Position numbers and translations under genes: made by a program. 64,000 bases of DNA from an uncultured Acidobacteriota bacterium (GTDB lineage: Bacteria; Acidobacteriota; Thermoanaerobaculia; UBA5066): NCBI GenBank assembly GCA_963836285.1, contig CAWIIN010000003.1, positions 14,708-78,707 of the forward strand, given 5' to 3'. The notes beneath the pieces are model-generated. The model ran no database searches, was not told where the DNA came from, and worked only from the letters and a program-made list of their open reading frames with translations. Below, piece after piece: positions 19,353 through 30,005 of this stretch (positions are counted from its first letter, which is position 1; the number at the start of each line of letters is the position of its first letter).

Positions 19353-20426
19353 TCAGGGTGTCGGAGGTCCCGTGCGGACCACCGTCGCGGGCGCCGCCGC
19401 CATCAACAGCTCCCAGAACCGCGGGTTGAAGTCGTCGCCCGGCGAATCGCCCAGGCGCACCACCACGAGATCGAGGCTCGGCACCACGTACACCTTGCGT
19501 CCCAGCGCTCCCTGCGCGGCGTACAGATCCCGCGGAGCAGCGGGCGCGAGCACCGCATTGCCGGCCGCCCCCGGCGCGGTGCCCGGCGGCCGGCCGTTCA
19601 GCCACCACAGGAGGCCGTAGGCCGGATTGAGGCCTTGCGACGGCTTGACGGCCGTCTCGACAAATCCTTTCGATACCAGCCTCCGCCCCTGCCAGACGCC
19701 CCCGGCCAGCATCAACTCGCCGAATCGGACGAGGTCCCGTGCCGTCGTGAAGAGTCCGAGCAAGTTGGCATCCATGCCGGGGGTAACCCAGCGCCGCCGT
19801 CGCCATCCCGTGTTGTCCATGCCGATCGGGTCCGTCAGCCAGCGCTTCGTGAGCGAGCCGATTCCGTCCCCGGTGACCGCTTCCAGCACGTCCACCAGCC
19901 GGCTGTAGGCCCGTGTGTTGTATTGCCACACGCTCCCGGCGGGCGCCTGATACTCGAGCGCGGGCGAGAGTCCGCTGGTCATGGACAACAGGTGCCGGAC
20001 CGTGATCACGGATTCTTCGTCGCATGTGGCGTTGGACCAACCGGCATGGAGATACGTCGAGACCGGCACGGCAAGATCGAGCAGCCCCTGGTCGGCCGCG
20101 ATCCCCACCAGCACCGACACGATGCTCTTCTGCAGAGAGGCGACGTCTTCGATGGGCGCACCGGCCTCGGTCTTGCCCCACACCTGGTTCGCGTACGGCG
20201 ACCCGGCGCCCGCCTCCACGGGCCAGTAGCGTTCCGCGATCACCTTGCCGTGGTGGACGACGATGACGGCGCTCGAACGCTCACGCTGCGCATAAGCCAG
20301 CAGGGACTCCAGTGCAGCCTGGTTCCATGGATGCTCACCGCCGGTCGCTTCGCCCTCCGCCGCGACGCGCGAGGGCTCTGCGAGCCCGACCAGCATCATC
20401 AGGATCGCCAGACCGAGTCCCTTCAC
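19353..20426 (-). CDS. Secreted serine hydrolase (beta-lactamase fold, class C/NylB-like)
   Basis: SxxK (SLQK); HLLSMTSG; WQYN; YGLLWW. Confidence 0.85.
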   Translation of the reverse strand: MKGLGLAILMMLVGLAEPSRVAAEGEATGGEHPWNQAALESLLAYAQRERSSAVIVVHHGKVIAERYWPVEAGAGSPYANQVWGKTEAGAPIEDVASLQKSIVSVLVGIAADQGLLDLAVPVSTYLHAGWSNATCDEESVITVRHLLSMTSGLSPALEYQAPAGSVWQYNTRAYSRLVDVLEAVTGDGIGSLTKRWLTDPIGMDNTGWRRRRWVTPGMDANLLGLFTTARDLVRFGELMLAGGVWQGRRLVSKGFVETAVKPSQGLNPAYGLLWWLNGRPPGTAPGAAGNAVLAPAAPRDLYAAQGALGRKVYVVPSLDLVVVRLGDSPGDDFNPRFWELLMAAAPATVVRTGPPTP

Positions 20427-20455
20427 GGCTCCTGACCCCGCGACATCGCGTGTCC

Positions 20456-21649
20456 CTACCGCCGCCGCACCACCTCACCGCTGCCCATGCCGCCGCCGAC
20501 GCACCGGGTGGTGACGCCGAGGGCCGCGTCTCTCAGGCGCAGCTGGTGGACCATGTCCACGACCTGGCGCGCGCCCGTGCAGCCCACCGGGTGCCCGAGG
20601 GAGATGCCGCTGCCCCACTGGTTCGTACGCTCTGCCTCGAGCCCGGGGAGGACGTGGTATGCCGCCGCGACGACCGCGGCAAATGCCTCGTTGATCTCGA
20701 AGTAGTCCACCGCGGAGAGGTCGACACCGGCTCTCGTCAGGAGAGGCGGGATGACCTTGAAAGCGCCCTCGCCCATGAACGCGCGCTCGACGCCGACGTT
20801 GTGATAGGCCACGATCTCCGCGAGGGGCTCGAGCCCGAGCTCGGCGGCGCGCTCCTCGCTGGCGAGCAGCACCACCGCGGCACCGTCGTTGAGAGTCGAG
20901 GCGTTCGCCGAAGTGATGGTGCCCCCGTCCTTCTTGAAGTAAGGCTTGGCGGCCGCCAGTTGCTCGAGGGTCACCGGCCGCGGCCCCTCGTCCCGGGCCA
21001 CGACGACCGGTGCGCCGCGTTTCTGCGGCACCTCCACGGGCACCACGTAGCCGCCGAAGGCCCCCTTCTCCCAGGCGTCGAGGGCCGCGTGGTGGCTGCG
21101 GTAAGCGGCCTCGTCCTGCTCCTCGCGGGTCACGGCGTACTTGTCCACGAGGCGCTCGGTGAGGAGGCCCATCAGCTCGCCGCCGCACACGTGCGCGTCG
21201 GTGAGGGCGCCGAAGAGGCCGTCCATCAAGGTCATGTCGCCGTACATCTGGTTCTTCGTGCGACCCGTGAAGAGGTAACGCGGCACGTTGCTCATGGACT
21301 CGACCCCGCCGGCGATGCCGAGCGAGACCTCCCCGAGCAGGATGCGCCGGCACAGGCTGTGGATCGCGGCGCCGCCGGAGGCGCAGTTTTCCTGGTAGGT
21401 GGTTCCGGGCACGGTCGGCGGCACGCCCGCCAGCTCGGCCGCGGTCTTGGCCAGGTTGGGAGAGCGCGGATCCTGCATGACCCAGCCCATGCACGTGTAC
21501 TCGACCGCTGCGGGGTCGATCCGGGCCGAGCCGAGGAGAGCCTTGATCACGTGGGTGGCGAGCTGCTCGGCCTGCAGGCTCGCGAGGCCTCCCCCGATGG
21601 CGCCGATCGGCGTGCGCACGGCTCGAACGATGACGACCTTGTCAGGCAC
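20456..21649 (-). CDS. Thiolase (acetyl-CoA C-acyltransferase)
   Basis: NCASG; NEAF; GHPVGCTG; CVGGGMG. Confidence 0.95.
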   Translation of the reverse strand: MPDKVVIVRAVRTPIGAIGGGLASLQAEQLATHVIKALLGSARIDPAAVEYTCMGWVMQDPRSPNLAKTAAELAGVPPTVPGTTYQENCASGGAAIHSLCRRILLGEVSLGIAGGVESMSNVPRYLFTGRTKNQMYGDMTLMDGLFGALTDAHVCGGELMGLLTERLVDKYAVTREEQDEAAYRSHHAALDAWEKGAFGGYVVPVEVPQKRGAPVVVARDEGPRPVTLEQLAAAKPYFKKDGGTITSANASTLNDGAAVVLLASEERAAELGLEPLAEIVAYHNVGVERAFMGEGAFKVIPPLLTRAGVDLSAVDYFEINEAFAAVVAAAYHVLPGLEAERTNQWGSGISLGHPVGCTGARQVVDMVHQLRLRDAALGVTTRCVGGGMGSGEVVRRR

Positions 21650-21703
21650 GTTGCCCTCCGCCGGAAGGCGCGGTTCCCCGCGCCTTCCTATCCCTTCGGT
21701 GTG

Positions 21704-24502
21704 TCAGAACGCGACCTGGGCCCTGACCTGCAACCGTCTCGGGCCGACCCAGCCCGATGGCTCGAAGTTCTGGCCCGGGAAGAGCACCCACGACGAGTAG
21801 TACTCCACGGCGTCGTCGTTGAGCGCGTTGAGAAGCTGCAGACCGAGGTCAAGGGTCACGCCCTTGCCCAGGTTGAAGGTCTTCTGCAGGCCCAGGTCGA
21901 GAATTGCCTGACTCGGCAGCCGGAGGCTGTCGCTGGCGTCCGCGGTGACGGTGATGACCGTTCCGGTCGTCGGCCCGATGACGTTCGCGAGCCGGGCGTA
22001 GGGCCGGCCGCTCTGCCAGTTGAAGACGCCGCTCGCCCTGAGGCCCCAGCCGAGGTCGACGTTCGACTGGATCCGGAACATGTGGGTCCGGTCGCCCTCC
22101 TGCAGGTGGTAGGCGTTGTACCAGTCGTTGGGGTCGGACCCCTCGTCGCTGCTGAACACCGGCAATCCCTGTCCCAGGGAGCCGTTGTAGTGAGGCCTCG
22201 GATTGATCCCCTCCGTCTTCGAGTAGGTGTAGGACGCCATCAGGTCCCAGCCGCGGCTGTAGCGCTTCTTGAACGTCAGGATGGCGCCCCTGTAGTACAT
22301 GTGGTAGGTGTCGTTGGGCGCGAGGGACCCCGGCCCCGGTCCGTTGCCCTTGTGCAACGTCGGGTTCTTCGTGAGCTCGCAGAGCGGGATCTGCTCCTTG
22401 ACGTCCGTCGTCCAGGGGTCGTCCCAAAGGAACGTCTTGCAGGTGCCGTCGGCCTCGATCTGCCAGCCGATCATGTCGTCGGTGTGCTTGTAGATGAACT
22501 GCGCCCCGACGGCGAAGTCGCTGCCGATCTGGTGGTCGTAGGACGCCGCGAACTGATCCGTGTAGGGGTTCTTCACGCCTGGAGCGAGCAGCTGGTCGGG
22601 CGGCGGGGCCGCCACCGACGAGACGCGGAACTGGTACGGATAGACGAACCAGACTTCCGAGTTGCCCCGTCCCGGCGGCGGGTAGTACCACGCGGACGAA
22701 ACCGGGCCGTCCCAGAAGCGGCCGTAGAACCCCCGCAGCACGGACTTCCCGTCGTTCGTCGGCTGCCAGGCGAAGCCGATGCGCGGCGCGAAATTACTCC
22801 AGTGGATCATGTCCGCGGACGGCAGCATCACGTCCGTCGGGTTTCCGGCGAGGTCGAGCTGCGGGTAGGAAGGGATCTTGCCCTTCTGATCGTCGTAGCG
22901 CACGCCCACGTCGAGCGTCAGCCGGTTGCTGATCTTCCACGAATCCGTCAGGAACGCCGACCACGTCGTGGTCTCGGCCCCGTAGATGAGGGGCGGAATG
23001 ATCTGGTAGCGGAACTCCCAGTAGGGGTCCGTGAAGCCCGGGCTCGGCGGCTGCTTCCACAGGAAGGTGGAATGAGCGGCGTTCCGCTGGCCGCTTCCCT
23101 CGTTGTACTGGACGCCGAACTTGAACTCGTGGCTCCCCTTGATGAAGTCGCTCGCGAACTGCGACAGCACCGCGTCGGCCTGGGTGTACTTCTCCTTGCG
23201 GCCGCTGAACCAGAAGATCCCGCCGAGGTTGAGGGGCGGGCCCAGATAGGTGGCGTCCTGCAGGTACTCTTCCGTGCTGCCGGTGCGCGAAGCCATGTCC
23301 TGGTTCTTGTCCCAGTACCCGCCCCGAAGGTTGAGCAGCGTGCTGGGGGCCAGGTTCCCGGTGTAGTCACCCGTGATCATGTTGATGTCGATGTCGGTCT
23401 TCACGACGGCCGAAAGCGCCGTGTACATGTCGGGCGCGGGGACGATCTTCCCTTTCGCCGTGTGTCCACGAACGTCGAGGTGATGGCCGTCGGCGATCTG
23501 CCAGCTCAGCTTTCCGTCGTAGCGGCTGTCCGTCGTGCCGGAGCCGTCGACCCCCGAGACGCCATTGGGGCCCACGATGTTGATCTTGTCCCACTGGCCG
23601 GCGCCGAAGAACCACAGCTTGTCGCGGAGAATCGGCCCCCCGAGGGTCGCACGTGTGTCGTAGTAGTCGTCGACGGTGTACGTGCCCGCAGGTTCCCAGA
23701 GGCGGTAGGAATAGAGTTTCGATCTGTCGAGTGTGACGTTCGAACCGGTGAGGGCGTTGTTCGACCAGTAGCCTCCGGCCGAGCCGTGGTACTGGTTGGT
23801 CCCGGACTTCGTGACCATGTTGTAGACGTTGCCCGCCGTGCTGCCGTACTCCGCCCCGGCCCCGAAGCCCTTGAGCGAGGTCTCCTGAACGATCTCCGGG
23901 TTGATCAACCAGCCCAGCCAGCCGCCCTCGGGGGACGCCAGATTGAGGCCGTCGATGTTCCACTGCTGGGACGTGACGTTGCCGCCGTACGCCGCGAGCA
24001 GGGCATTTCCCTCGTTGGGCGAGCTCACGGCCGGAGCCACCGAGATGATGTCGGTGAAGTTGTTGCGCGTCGGCAGGGACTGGACGAACTGGGAGTCGTA
24101 GTTGACGGCCACGGCCGAGCTCACCACGTCTACCAGGGGGGCCGTGGCCGTCACGGTCATTTCCGAGGCGGCCTGCAGCGGCACGCGGATCTTGACCGAA
24201 GCCACGGCGTCGATCGACACCCGGACGTCCTTGACCCGCTGGGTCTTGAACCCCGAGACGCTGGCCGAGAGCGCATAGCGCCCGACCGGCAGGGCGCCGT
24301 AGCGGAAGGCGCCCTTTGCGTCGGACGTCGTCAGGCGCTCGGCTCCCGGGATCGGGTCCCCGGTGAGCTTCACCGTGGCGCCCGGGAGCGGCTGGCCTTC
24401 CGAATCGGTCACTTGGCCCTGGATCGACCCGGTAATCTGGGCGAATCCGTTGGTGGCTGCCAGTAACAGCAGACCGAGAATGACCCACTTCCCTGACCTC
24501 AT
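21704..24502 (-). CDS. TonB-dependent receptor, Oar-like, with carboxypeptidase-regulatory-like N-domain
   Basis: Signal peptide; GQVTDSEGQPLPGATV; AEYG; GGPILRDKLWFF; APRIGFAW; C-terminal Phe. Confidence 0.9.
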   Translation of the reverse strand: MRSGKWVILGLLLLAATNGFAQITGSIQGQVTDSEGQPLPGATVKLTGDPIPGAERLTTSDAKGAFRYGALPVGRYALSASVSGFKTQRVKDVRVSIDAVASVKIRVPLQAASEMTVTATAPLVDVVSSAVAVNYDSQFVQSLPTRNNFTDIISVAPAVSSPNEGNALLAAYGGNVTSQQWNIDGLNLASPEGGWLGWLINPEIVQETSLKGFGAGAEYGSTAGNVYNMVTKSGTNQYHGSAGGYWSNNALTGSNVTLDRSKLYSYRLWEPAGTYTVDDYYDTRATLGGPILRDKLWFFGAGQWDKINIVGPNGVSGVDGSGTTDSRYDGKLSWQIADGHHLDVRGHTAKGKIVPAPDMYTALSAVVKTDIDINMITGDYTGNLAPSTLLNLRGGYWDKNQDMASRTGSTEEYLQDATYLGPPLNLGGIFWFSGRKEKYTQADAVLSQFASDFIKGSHEFKFGVQYNEGSGQRNAAHSTFLWKQPPSPGFTDPYWEFRYQIIPPLIYGAETTTWSAFLTDSWKISNRLTLDVGVRYDDQKGKIPSYPQLDLAGNPTDVMLPSADMIHWSNFAPRIGFAWQPTNDGKSVLRGFYGRFWDGPVSSAWYYPPPGRGNSEVWFVYPYQFRVSSVAAPPPDQLLAPGVKNPYTDQFAASYDHQIGSDFAVGAQFIYKHTDDMIGWQIEADGTCKTFLWDDPWTTDVKEQIPLCELTKNPTLHKGNGPGPGSLAPNDTYHMYYRGAILTFKKRYSRGWDLMASYTYSKTEGINPRPHYNGSLGQGLPVFSSDEGSDPNDWYNAYHLQEGDRTHMFRIQSNVDLGWGLRASGVFNWQSGRPYARLANVIGPTTGTVITVTADASDSLRLPSQAILDLGLQKTFNLGKGVTLDLGLQLLNALNDDAVEYYSSWVLFPGQNFEPSGWVGPRRLQVRAQVAF

Positions 24503-24519
24503 GATCCCCTCCCTGCCTC

Positions 24520-24555
24520 CATAAGTTGACCGGCCTGCCGGTATAGTTCTAACAT
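24520..24555 (+). promoter_or_regulatory. Operator/promoter motif, copy 1
   Basis: CATAAGTTGACCGGCCTGCCGGTATAGTT; TTGACC then TAACAT 18 bp later; palindrome ACCGG-N4-CCGGT. Confidence 0.7.
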
Positions 24556-24641
24556 CTGATACCCTCGAACGCGCGCCTGTCAAGGGAAAACTAGCGAGAA
24601 AGAAGGCCCGATTGAAGGCTCGACCGAGACCGGCAACGACG

Positions 24642-25247
24642 ATGAAATCCCCCGCTCGCCCCCCCCGTCGGGCGAGTCGGCGCGACGAGATCCTGCGGCG
24701 CGCCGCACACCTGATCCTGGAGCGAGGATTCGAGATCATCTCGCTGGTGGACGTCGCACGGGCCTGCGAGATCAGCAAAGCCGGGCTGTACTACCACTTC
24801 AACAGCAAGCAGGAGCTGCTGGCCGCGATCATCAGCTACGCCCAGGACATCCACGAGGATGTGATCCGGAAAGAGCTGACCAACAGCGCCGCGGATGCCG
24901 CCGAAGACCTGCGCCGTCTGATCCACTCTCACGCCGTCATGATGACCCGCGAAGACGACGCGGCTTTCGCGATCCTTGCCGTCGACGAGATGCGGTCGCT
25001 GCTGCCGGCCGACCGGGAACGTGTCGCCCGCCGCAAGCGCTTCTACCTCGGCCTCATTCGCGAGCGCCTGGAGCGGCTGGCGGCGGCCGGCAAGCTGCGC
25101 GACGTCGACATCACCGCCGCAACTCACACGCTGGCCGGCATGGTGCTGTGGCTGCCCAAGTGGTACCGACAGCCGGGCAGGCTGTCAGCCGCGCAGATGG
25201 CGGACGAGATCACCGAGCTCGCCATGCACGCCGTCCTGCCGATTTGA
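24642..25247 (+). CDS. TetR/AcrR family regulator (KstR2-like C-terminal domain)
   Basis: HTH DVARACEISKAGLYYHFNSKQELL; WLPKWYRQPGRLS. Confidence 0.92.
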   Translation: MKSPARPPRRASRRDEILRRAAHLILERGFEIISLVDVARACEISKAGLYYHFNSKQELLAAIISYAQDIHEDVIRKELTNSAADAAEDLRRLIHSHAVMMTREDDAAFAILAVDEMRSLLPADRERVARRKRFYLGLIRERLERLAAAGKLRDVDITAATHTLAGMVLWLPKWYRQPGRLSAAQMADEITELAMHAVLPI

Positions 25248-27493
25248 GCGGCTTGCGCCGCGAGGCGGTCATCGCCTTCGTCGCCGTGGTGGCGATCGCG
25301 AGCGCCGCTTTCGCCTTCCGCCTCCTGCGCGTTGGAAGGCCGGCGGCTCCGCATGCCCTGGCACGCCCCGATGCCGCGGCAAACGTCATCCTGATCACCC
25401 TCGACACCCTCCGGTCCGACCGTCTCTCGTGCTACGGGTCGAAGACCGTGGATACCCCGAACATCGACGCGTTCGCGGCAGAGGGCGTCCGCTTCACGAA
25501 CGCCGCGAGCACGGTCCCCCTCACCCTCCCCGCGCACGCGTCGATCATGACCGGCCTCTACCCGCCGGGCCACGGCGTACGTGAGAACGTCGGGGCCGTC
25601 CTCGACGCGCGCATCCCGACGCTCGCCGAGCTGCTCGGCAGGAGCGGCTGGGCCACGGCCGGCTTCGTGAGCGCGTTCGTGCTCGACCACCGATGGGGAA
25701 TCGGGCGCGGCTTCGACCGTTACTTCGACGACTTCGATCTCGGCGGGCTGGAGACGGCGAACGTGGCGAACGTGGGGTTGGTGCGACGCGACGGCGCCGA
25801 TACCGTCGCCGCCGCGGTGCGCTGGCTCGACAAGAGGCCGGCCGGCCGCCCGTTCTTCCTCTGGCTCCACCTTTACGACCCTCACGATCCGTACGCGCCG
25901 AAGGAACCCTTTCGCTCGCGTCATCCGGGACGGCCGTACGACGCCGAGGTCGCGTACACCGACTCGCTCGTCGGCGAGTTCCGGCGTGCCCTGGGCGAGC
26001 GTCGACTCCTCGAGCACTCTCTCGTCGTCGTCACCAGCGACCACGGCGAAGGTCTCGGCGACCACGGCGAGACCTTCCACGGCTTCCTCGTGTACGACAC
26101 GACGATTCGCGTCGCGCTCATCGTCAAACCTCCCGCGGGCCTCCGCGCGGGACGTGTCGTGGACCGGACGGTGAGTCACGTCGACATCCTGCCCACGATC
26201 CTCGACATGGTGGGCCTGAAGGCGCCCGAGAACCTCCACGGACGGAGCCTTGCGCCGCTGATCGCCGGCCGGGACGTGCCCTGGGATCGGCCCGTGTACT
26301 CCGAGTCCCTTTACCCGCTGCTGCACTACGGGTGGGCGCCGCTCCGGGCGTTCCGCACGGGCCGCTTCAAGCTCATCGACGTCCCCCGGCCCGAGCTGTA
26401 CGACCTCGCGCAGGATCCCGCCGAGGCACGGAACCTCCACGACGCGGAGCCGAACCGGGCCCGGGAGCTGACCGCCGACCTCGGCCGCCTCCGTCATCGC
26501 ATCGAAAGCGGCACGCCATCGGGCGGGAAAGCGCCCGAGAGGGACGAGCGCTCCGTCGCCAGGCTGCGGTCGCTCGGCTACCTGGCCGGCGGACGAGGCG
26601 TCCACGCCGAGAACGAGGACGAGCGGGCCCGCCCCGATCCCAAGGACCGCCTCGATCTCCACCAGAAGGTCGTGGACGCCCAGAGCAGAATCTCTCACCA
26701 CGAATACGACGCCGCGTCGCGGCTCCTGGAGCAGGTCCTCGCCCGGGATGCGACGATCGTCGACGCACACCAGATGCTGGGCCAGATCGCTTCCGAGCAG
26801 CACCGACCGGAAAACGCGATCCGCCACTTCAAACGGGTCCTCGAGCTCAAGGGCCCGGATGCGCGCACGTCGCTCGCAATCGCCGACAATTACGTCGCCC
26901 TCAGACGGTTCGACGACGCCGCCGCGGTGCTCGAGAAGGCCTCTCAGAACGGTGAATCAGCGCCTTTCTTCGCCAACAAGCTGGGCGAGGTGCGCGTCGA
27001 GCAGGGCCGTGACGGCGAGGCCGTGCCTCTGTTCGAACGCGCGGTCACCCTCGACGACGGCTTCGCCCTCCCCCACTTCAACCTGGGCGTCCTCCACGAG
27101 AAGCGCGGCGAGGTTCGACTCGCCGCCGAGCAGTACACGCGGGCGGTCCAGCTCGAGCCCGGGTTCCTCAGGGCGCAGTTCAACCTCGCCCGGCTTTACG
27201 CCTCGACGGGCGACGTGGAACGGGCGAGGCAGCTCTGGGATGCGTTCCTCGCGTCCAACCCCGGGTCGGTCCAGGGTCGCTATGTTCTGGCGAAGCTCCT
27301 CATGGACACGGGCGGCGATCTCGGACGCGCCGAGAAACTGGCCCGGGAAGGCATCGCGCTCGATCCGGAGAACGCAGAGGGACCGCTCGGCTACTACGTT
27401 CTCGCCGATCTGCTGAACCGCACGGGCCGCGCGGCCGAGGCGCGCGCAGCGGCGGCGAAAGGTCGCGAGATCCAGGGTGCGGGGAAGAACTGA
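25244..27493 (+). CDS. Sulfatase-like hydrolase fused to TPR repeats
   Basis: ITLDTLRSD; TLPAHASIMTG; YDPHDPY; SDHGEGLGDH; LRSLGY; C-terminal TPRs; start uncertain. Confidence 0.88.
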   Translation: MSGLRREAVIAFVAVVAIASAAFAFRLLRVGRPAAPHALARPDAAANVILITLDTLRSDRLSCYGSKTVDTPNIDAFAAEGVRFTNAASTVPLTLPAHASIMTGLYPPGHGVRENVGAVLDARIPTLAELLGRSGWATAGFVSAFVLDHRWGIGRGFDRYFDDFDLGGLETANVANVGLVRRDGADTVAAAVRWLDKRPAGRPFFLWLHLYDPHDPYAPKEPFRSRHPGRPYDAEVAYTDSLVGEFRRALGERRLLEHSLVVVTSDHGEGLGDHGETFHGFLVYDTTIRVALIVKPPAGLRAGRVVDRTVSHVDILPTILDMVGLKAPENLHGRSLAPLIAGRDVPWDRPVYSESLYPLLHYGWAPLRAFRTGRFKLIDVPRPELYDLAQDPAEARNLHDAEPNRARELTADLGRLRHRIESGTPSGGKAPERDERSVARLRSLGYLAGGRGVHAENEDERARPDPKDRLDLHQKVVDAQSRISHHEYDAASRLLEQVLARDATIVDAHQMLGQIASEQHRPENAIRHFKRVLELKGPDARTSLAIADNYVALRRFDDAAAVLEKASQNGESAPFFANKLGEVRVEQGRDGEAVPLFERAVTLDDGFALPHFNLGVLHEKRGEVRLAAEQYTRAVQLEPGFLRAQFNLARLYASTGDVERARQLWDAFLASNPGSVQGRYVLAKLLMDTGGDLGRAEKLAREGIALDPENAEGPLGYYVLADLLNRTGRAAEARAAAAKGREIQGAGKN

Positions 27494-27515
27494 CGAACTT
27501 CATGGAGGCCACCGC

Positions 27516-28502
27516 ATGAGAATCCTGGCGCCGCTCGTCGCGATCATCCTTACGGGAGGTACACAGGTCGGGCTCGCCGACGCGCCGACCGTCGTCGCCG
27601 AGGAATGGCTTCTCGTCAGCAAGGAGCCGCAGACGCCCGAAGGCCTGATCTTCGATCGCGACGGGAATCTCTACATGGTCCTCGTGGGCAACGGCAGCGT
27701 CCTGAGGTCGGCTCCCCCGTACAAGACGGTGACGACCATCTACGGGCCGTCCAAGAGCCGCTTCGCCACGGTCAAGATCCACAAGGACGGCAGGCTGTTC
27801 CTCTGCGATCTCGGCGAACGGGCCGGCTACCGGGGGGACGACACGGGCCGCATCGTCGCGATGCGGCCCGACGGGACGAACATGGAGGTCATCGTCCCCG
27901 CCGGCCGCTACACACCCGACGACATGGTCTTCGACGGCAACGGCGGCTTCTACTTCACCGACTTCAAGGACTACACGGACGCCGGCAACCTCGCGAACGG
28001 CGCCGTGTATTACGTCTCCCCGGACTTCAAGACGATCACCCCGGTCCTGAAGAACCTGGCCTCGCCCAACGGTGTCGCGCTGAGCCGGAACGGAAAGACC
28101 CTCTGGGTGACGGAAACGTTTCACCAGCAGCTGCACCGGCTCGACCTCGCGGCCGACGGAACGACCTTGAATCTCTACGGCCACATGATCCCCTATCGCT
28201 TCAACGGGTTCGGCGGTCCCGATTCGGCGACGATCGACGCCGACGACAACGTCTACGTCGCTCACTTCGGGTCGGGGAAGGTCATGGTGTTCAACGCGCT
28301 CGGCAACCTGATCGGAGAAATCCGGATCCCGGGAAGCGAGGCGGGCGCCATGCTGGCCTCGACGACGATGGCGATCCTTCCGGGCACGAACGAGCTGATC
28401 CTCGGCGCAGGGGATTTCGCCGGACGCGGCGCCCGGATCTTCAAGGCGAAAGCGTTCGGCAAGTCCTGGGACGGCGCGTTTCAGTTCCAGAAGGCGCCAT
28501 GA
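27516..28502 (+). CDS. SMP-30/gluconolactonase family lactonase (Drp35-like), secreted
   Basis: PEGLIFD; PDDMVFD; PNGVALS; GPDSATIDADDNVYVA. Confidence 0.88.
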   Translation: MRILAPLVAIILTGGTQVGLADAPTVVAEEWLLVSKEPQTPEGLIFDRDGNLYMVLVGNGSVLRSAPPYKTVTTIYGPSKSRFATVKIHKDGRLFLCDLGERAGYRGDDTGRIVAMRPDGTNMEVIVPAGRYTPDDMVFDGNGGFYFTDFKDYTDAGNLANGAVYYVSPDFKTITPVLKNLASPNGVALSRNGKTLWVTETFHQQLHRLDLAADGTTLNLYGHMIPYRFNGFGGPDSATIDADDNVYVAHFGSGKVMVFNALGNLIGEIRIPGSEAGAMLASTTMAILPGTNELILGAGDFAGRGARIFKAKAFGKSWDGAFQFQKAP

Positions 28503-29278
28503 ACCGGTTCCGCAACACTCCGTTCGACCTCTCCGGCCGCTCGGCGCTCGTCACGGGCGCCGGGCGCGGGTTGGGCAAGGAGATGGCACGGCTCCTGGCG
28601 AACGCCGGGGCCGACGTGGCGATCTGCAGCCGAACCGAATCGCAAATCGAGGCGGCCGCGCGCGAGCTGGCGGGCGAAGCGGGCACGCGCGTCGAGGCCA
28701 TCGTGGCGGACGTCGGCACGCGGCCGGGCGCCGAGCGCCTCGCGCGCGACGCCACGGCACGTTTCGGAAAGATCGACATCCTGATCAGCAACGCGGGATG
28801 GAACGTCCCGCAGCCGGTCGACGGAATCCGGGACGAGGACTGGGACGCGCTTCTGGAGCTGAACCTGACGAGCTCGATGGTCCTGACGCGCGCCCTCGCG
28901 CCGGGGATGATGCAGCGCGGGTGGGGGCGCGTCGTCTATGTCTCCTCGATCATGGGCCTCGCGAGCGCGAGCGATCGTGTCGCCTACAGCACGACCAAGG
29001 CCGCGCTGCACGGGATGGTGAAGGCCAACGCGCTCCGGCTGGGCCCGCACGGCGTGACGGCGAATTGCCTCGCACCCGGACCGTTCGCGACGGAGCTGAC
29101 CGCGAGCCGGCTGACGGCGCAGCAGAAGGAGGCGTTCGCCGCCCGCACCGCCGTGGGACGGTGGGGGGAGCCGGCGGAGCTCGCGCCCACCGCGCTGCTC
29201 CTCGCGAGCCCCGCCGGCAGCTACATCACCGGCGCGGTCATCGTCGTCGACGGGGGTGCGACCGCGCGTATGTGGTGA
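28499..29278 (+). CDS. Short-chain dehydrogenase/reductase
   Basis: TGAGRGLG; SNAG; YSTTK; ATGA coupling to the lactonase. Confidence 0.92.
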   Translation: MNRFRNTPFDLSGRSALVTGAGRGLGKEMARLLANAGADVAICSRTESQIEAAARELAGEAGTRVEAIVADVGTRPGAERLARDATARFGKIDILISNAGWNVPQPVDGIRDEDWDALLELNLTSSMVLTRALAPGMMQRGWGRVVYVSSIMGLASASDRVAYSTTKAALHGMVKANALRLGPHGVTANCLAPGPFATELTASRLTAQQKEAFAARTAVGRWGEPAELAPTALLLASPAGSYITGAVIVVDGGATARMW

Positions 29279-29299
29279 GCGCGGGGCTCACCCGCCGCT

Positions 29300-30000
29300 T
29301 CACGCGCGCCGGATGAGACGCGCGAAATGCCGGGCGCTGGGCTTTGGCTTCCGGACGAAGGTGCGGCGATCGACGGCCACCAGTCCGAAATGCTGGCCGT
29401 ACCCCCGGGTCCACTCGAAGTTGTCGAGCAGCGACCAGTAGACGTAGCTGCGGACGTCGATCCCCTCGGCGAGGCACCGTTCGACTCCGGCGACGCACGC
29501 ATCCAGCCATGCGACGCGGCGCGCGTCGTCGTCGGTGGCGATCCCGCTTTCTGTGACGAAGATGGGCTTACGGGTCCTGCGCGCGGCGAAGCGGATCATG
29601 TCGGGAAGCGCCTGCGGGAAATACTCGTATCCCGCCGCGGTCCTCTCGGCGCCCACCTCCGGCGGCACGATCCCTTTCGCGTCGAACCGGAATCGCGTGT
29701 AAGCCTGCACCCCGACGAAATCGCTCGCGTTCACCGCGTCCCACCAGCTGCCGTAGAGCGTCCTCTCCATCGCGGAGGCGATGCTGCCGTCGCCGGCCGC
29801 CTCGATCGCCTGCGTCGTCAAGGTCACGCCGACGGCGAACCGGCCCGGGCCCGCCTTGATCGCCTGACACGCCTTCGCGTGGGCGTCGAGCAGATGGGCG
29901 TCGATGAGATCCGGATCCGCGAACAGGATCGAGGAAAAGCCCGGCGCGTTCGTCGCGCGTGCCGCGGCGGCGATCATCGCGACGCGCCTGGCACGGCGAC
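29300..30000 (-). pseudogene. Glycoside hydrolase family 1, C-terminal half only
   Basis: DFVGVQAY; FVTESG; YVYWSLLDNFEW; FGLVAVD; N-terminal half with the NEP motif is absent and the upstream gene ends at 30006. Confidence 0.8.
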
Positions 30001-30005
30001 GGCGG

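Noticed and set aside
19353-20426. Antibiotic-resistance beta-lactamase
   Set aside because: It has SxxK but lacks canonical YxN and KTG motifs, and the context is catabolic. An esterase or amidase is more likely.
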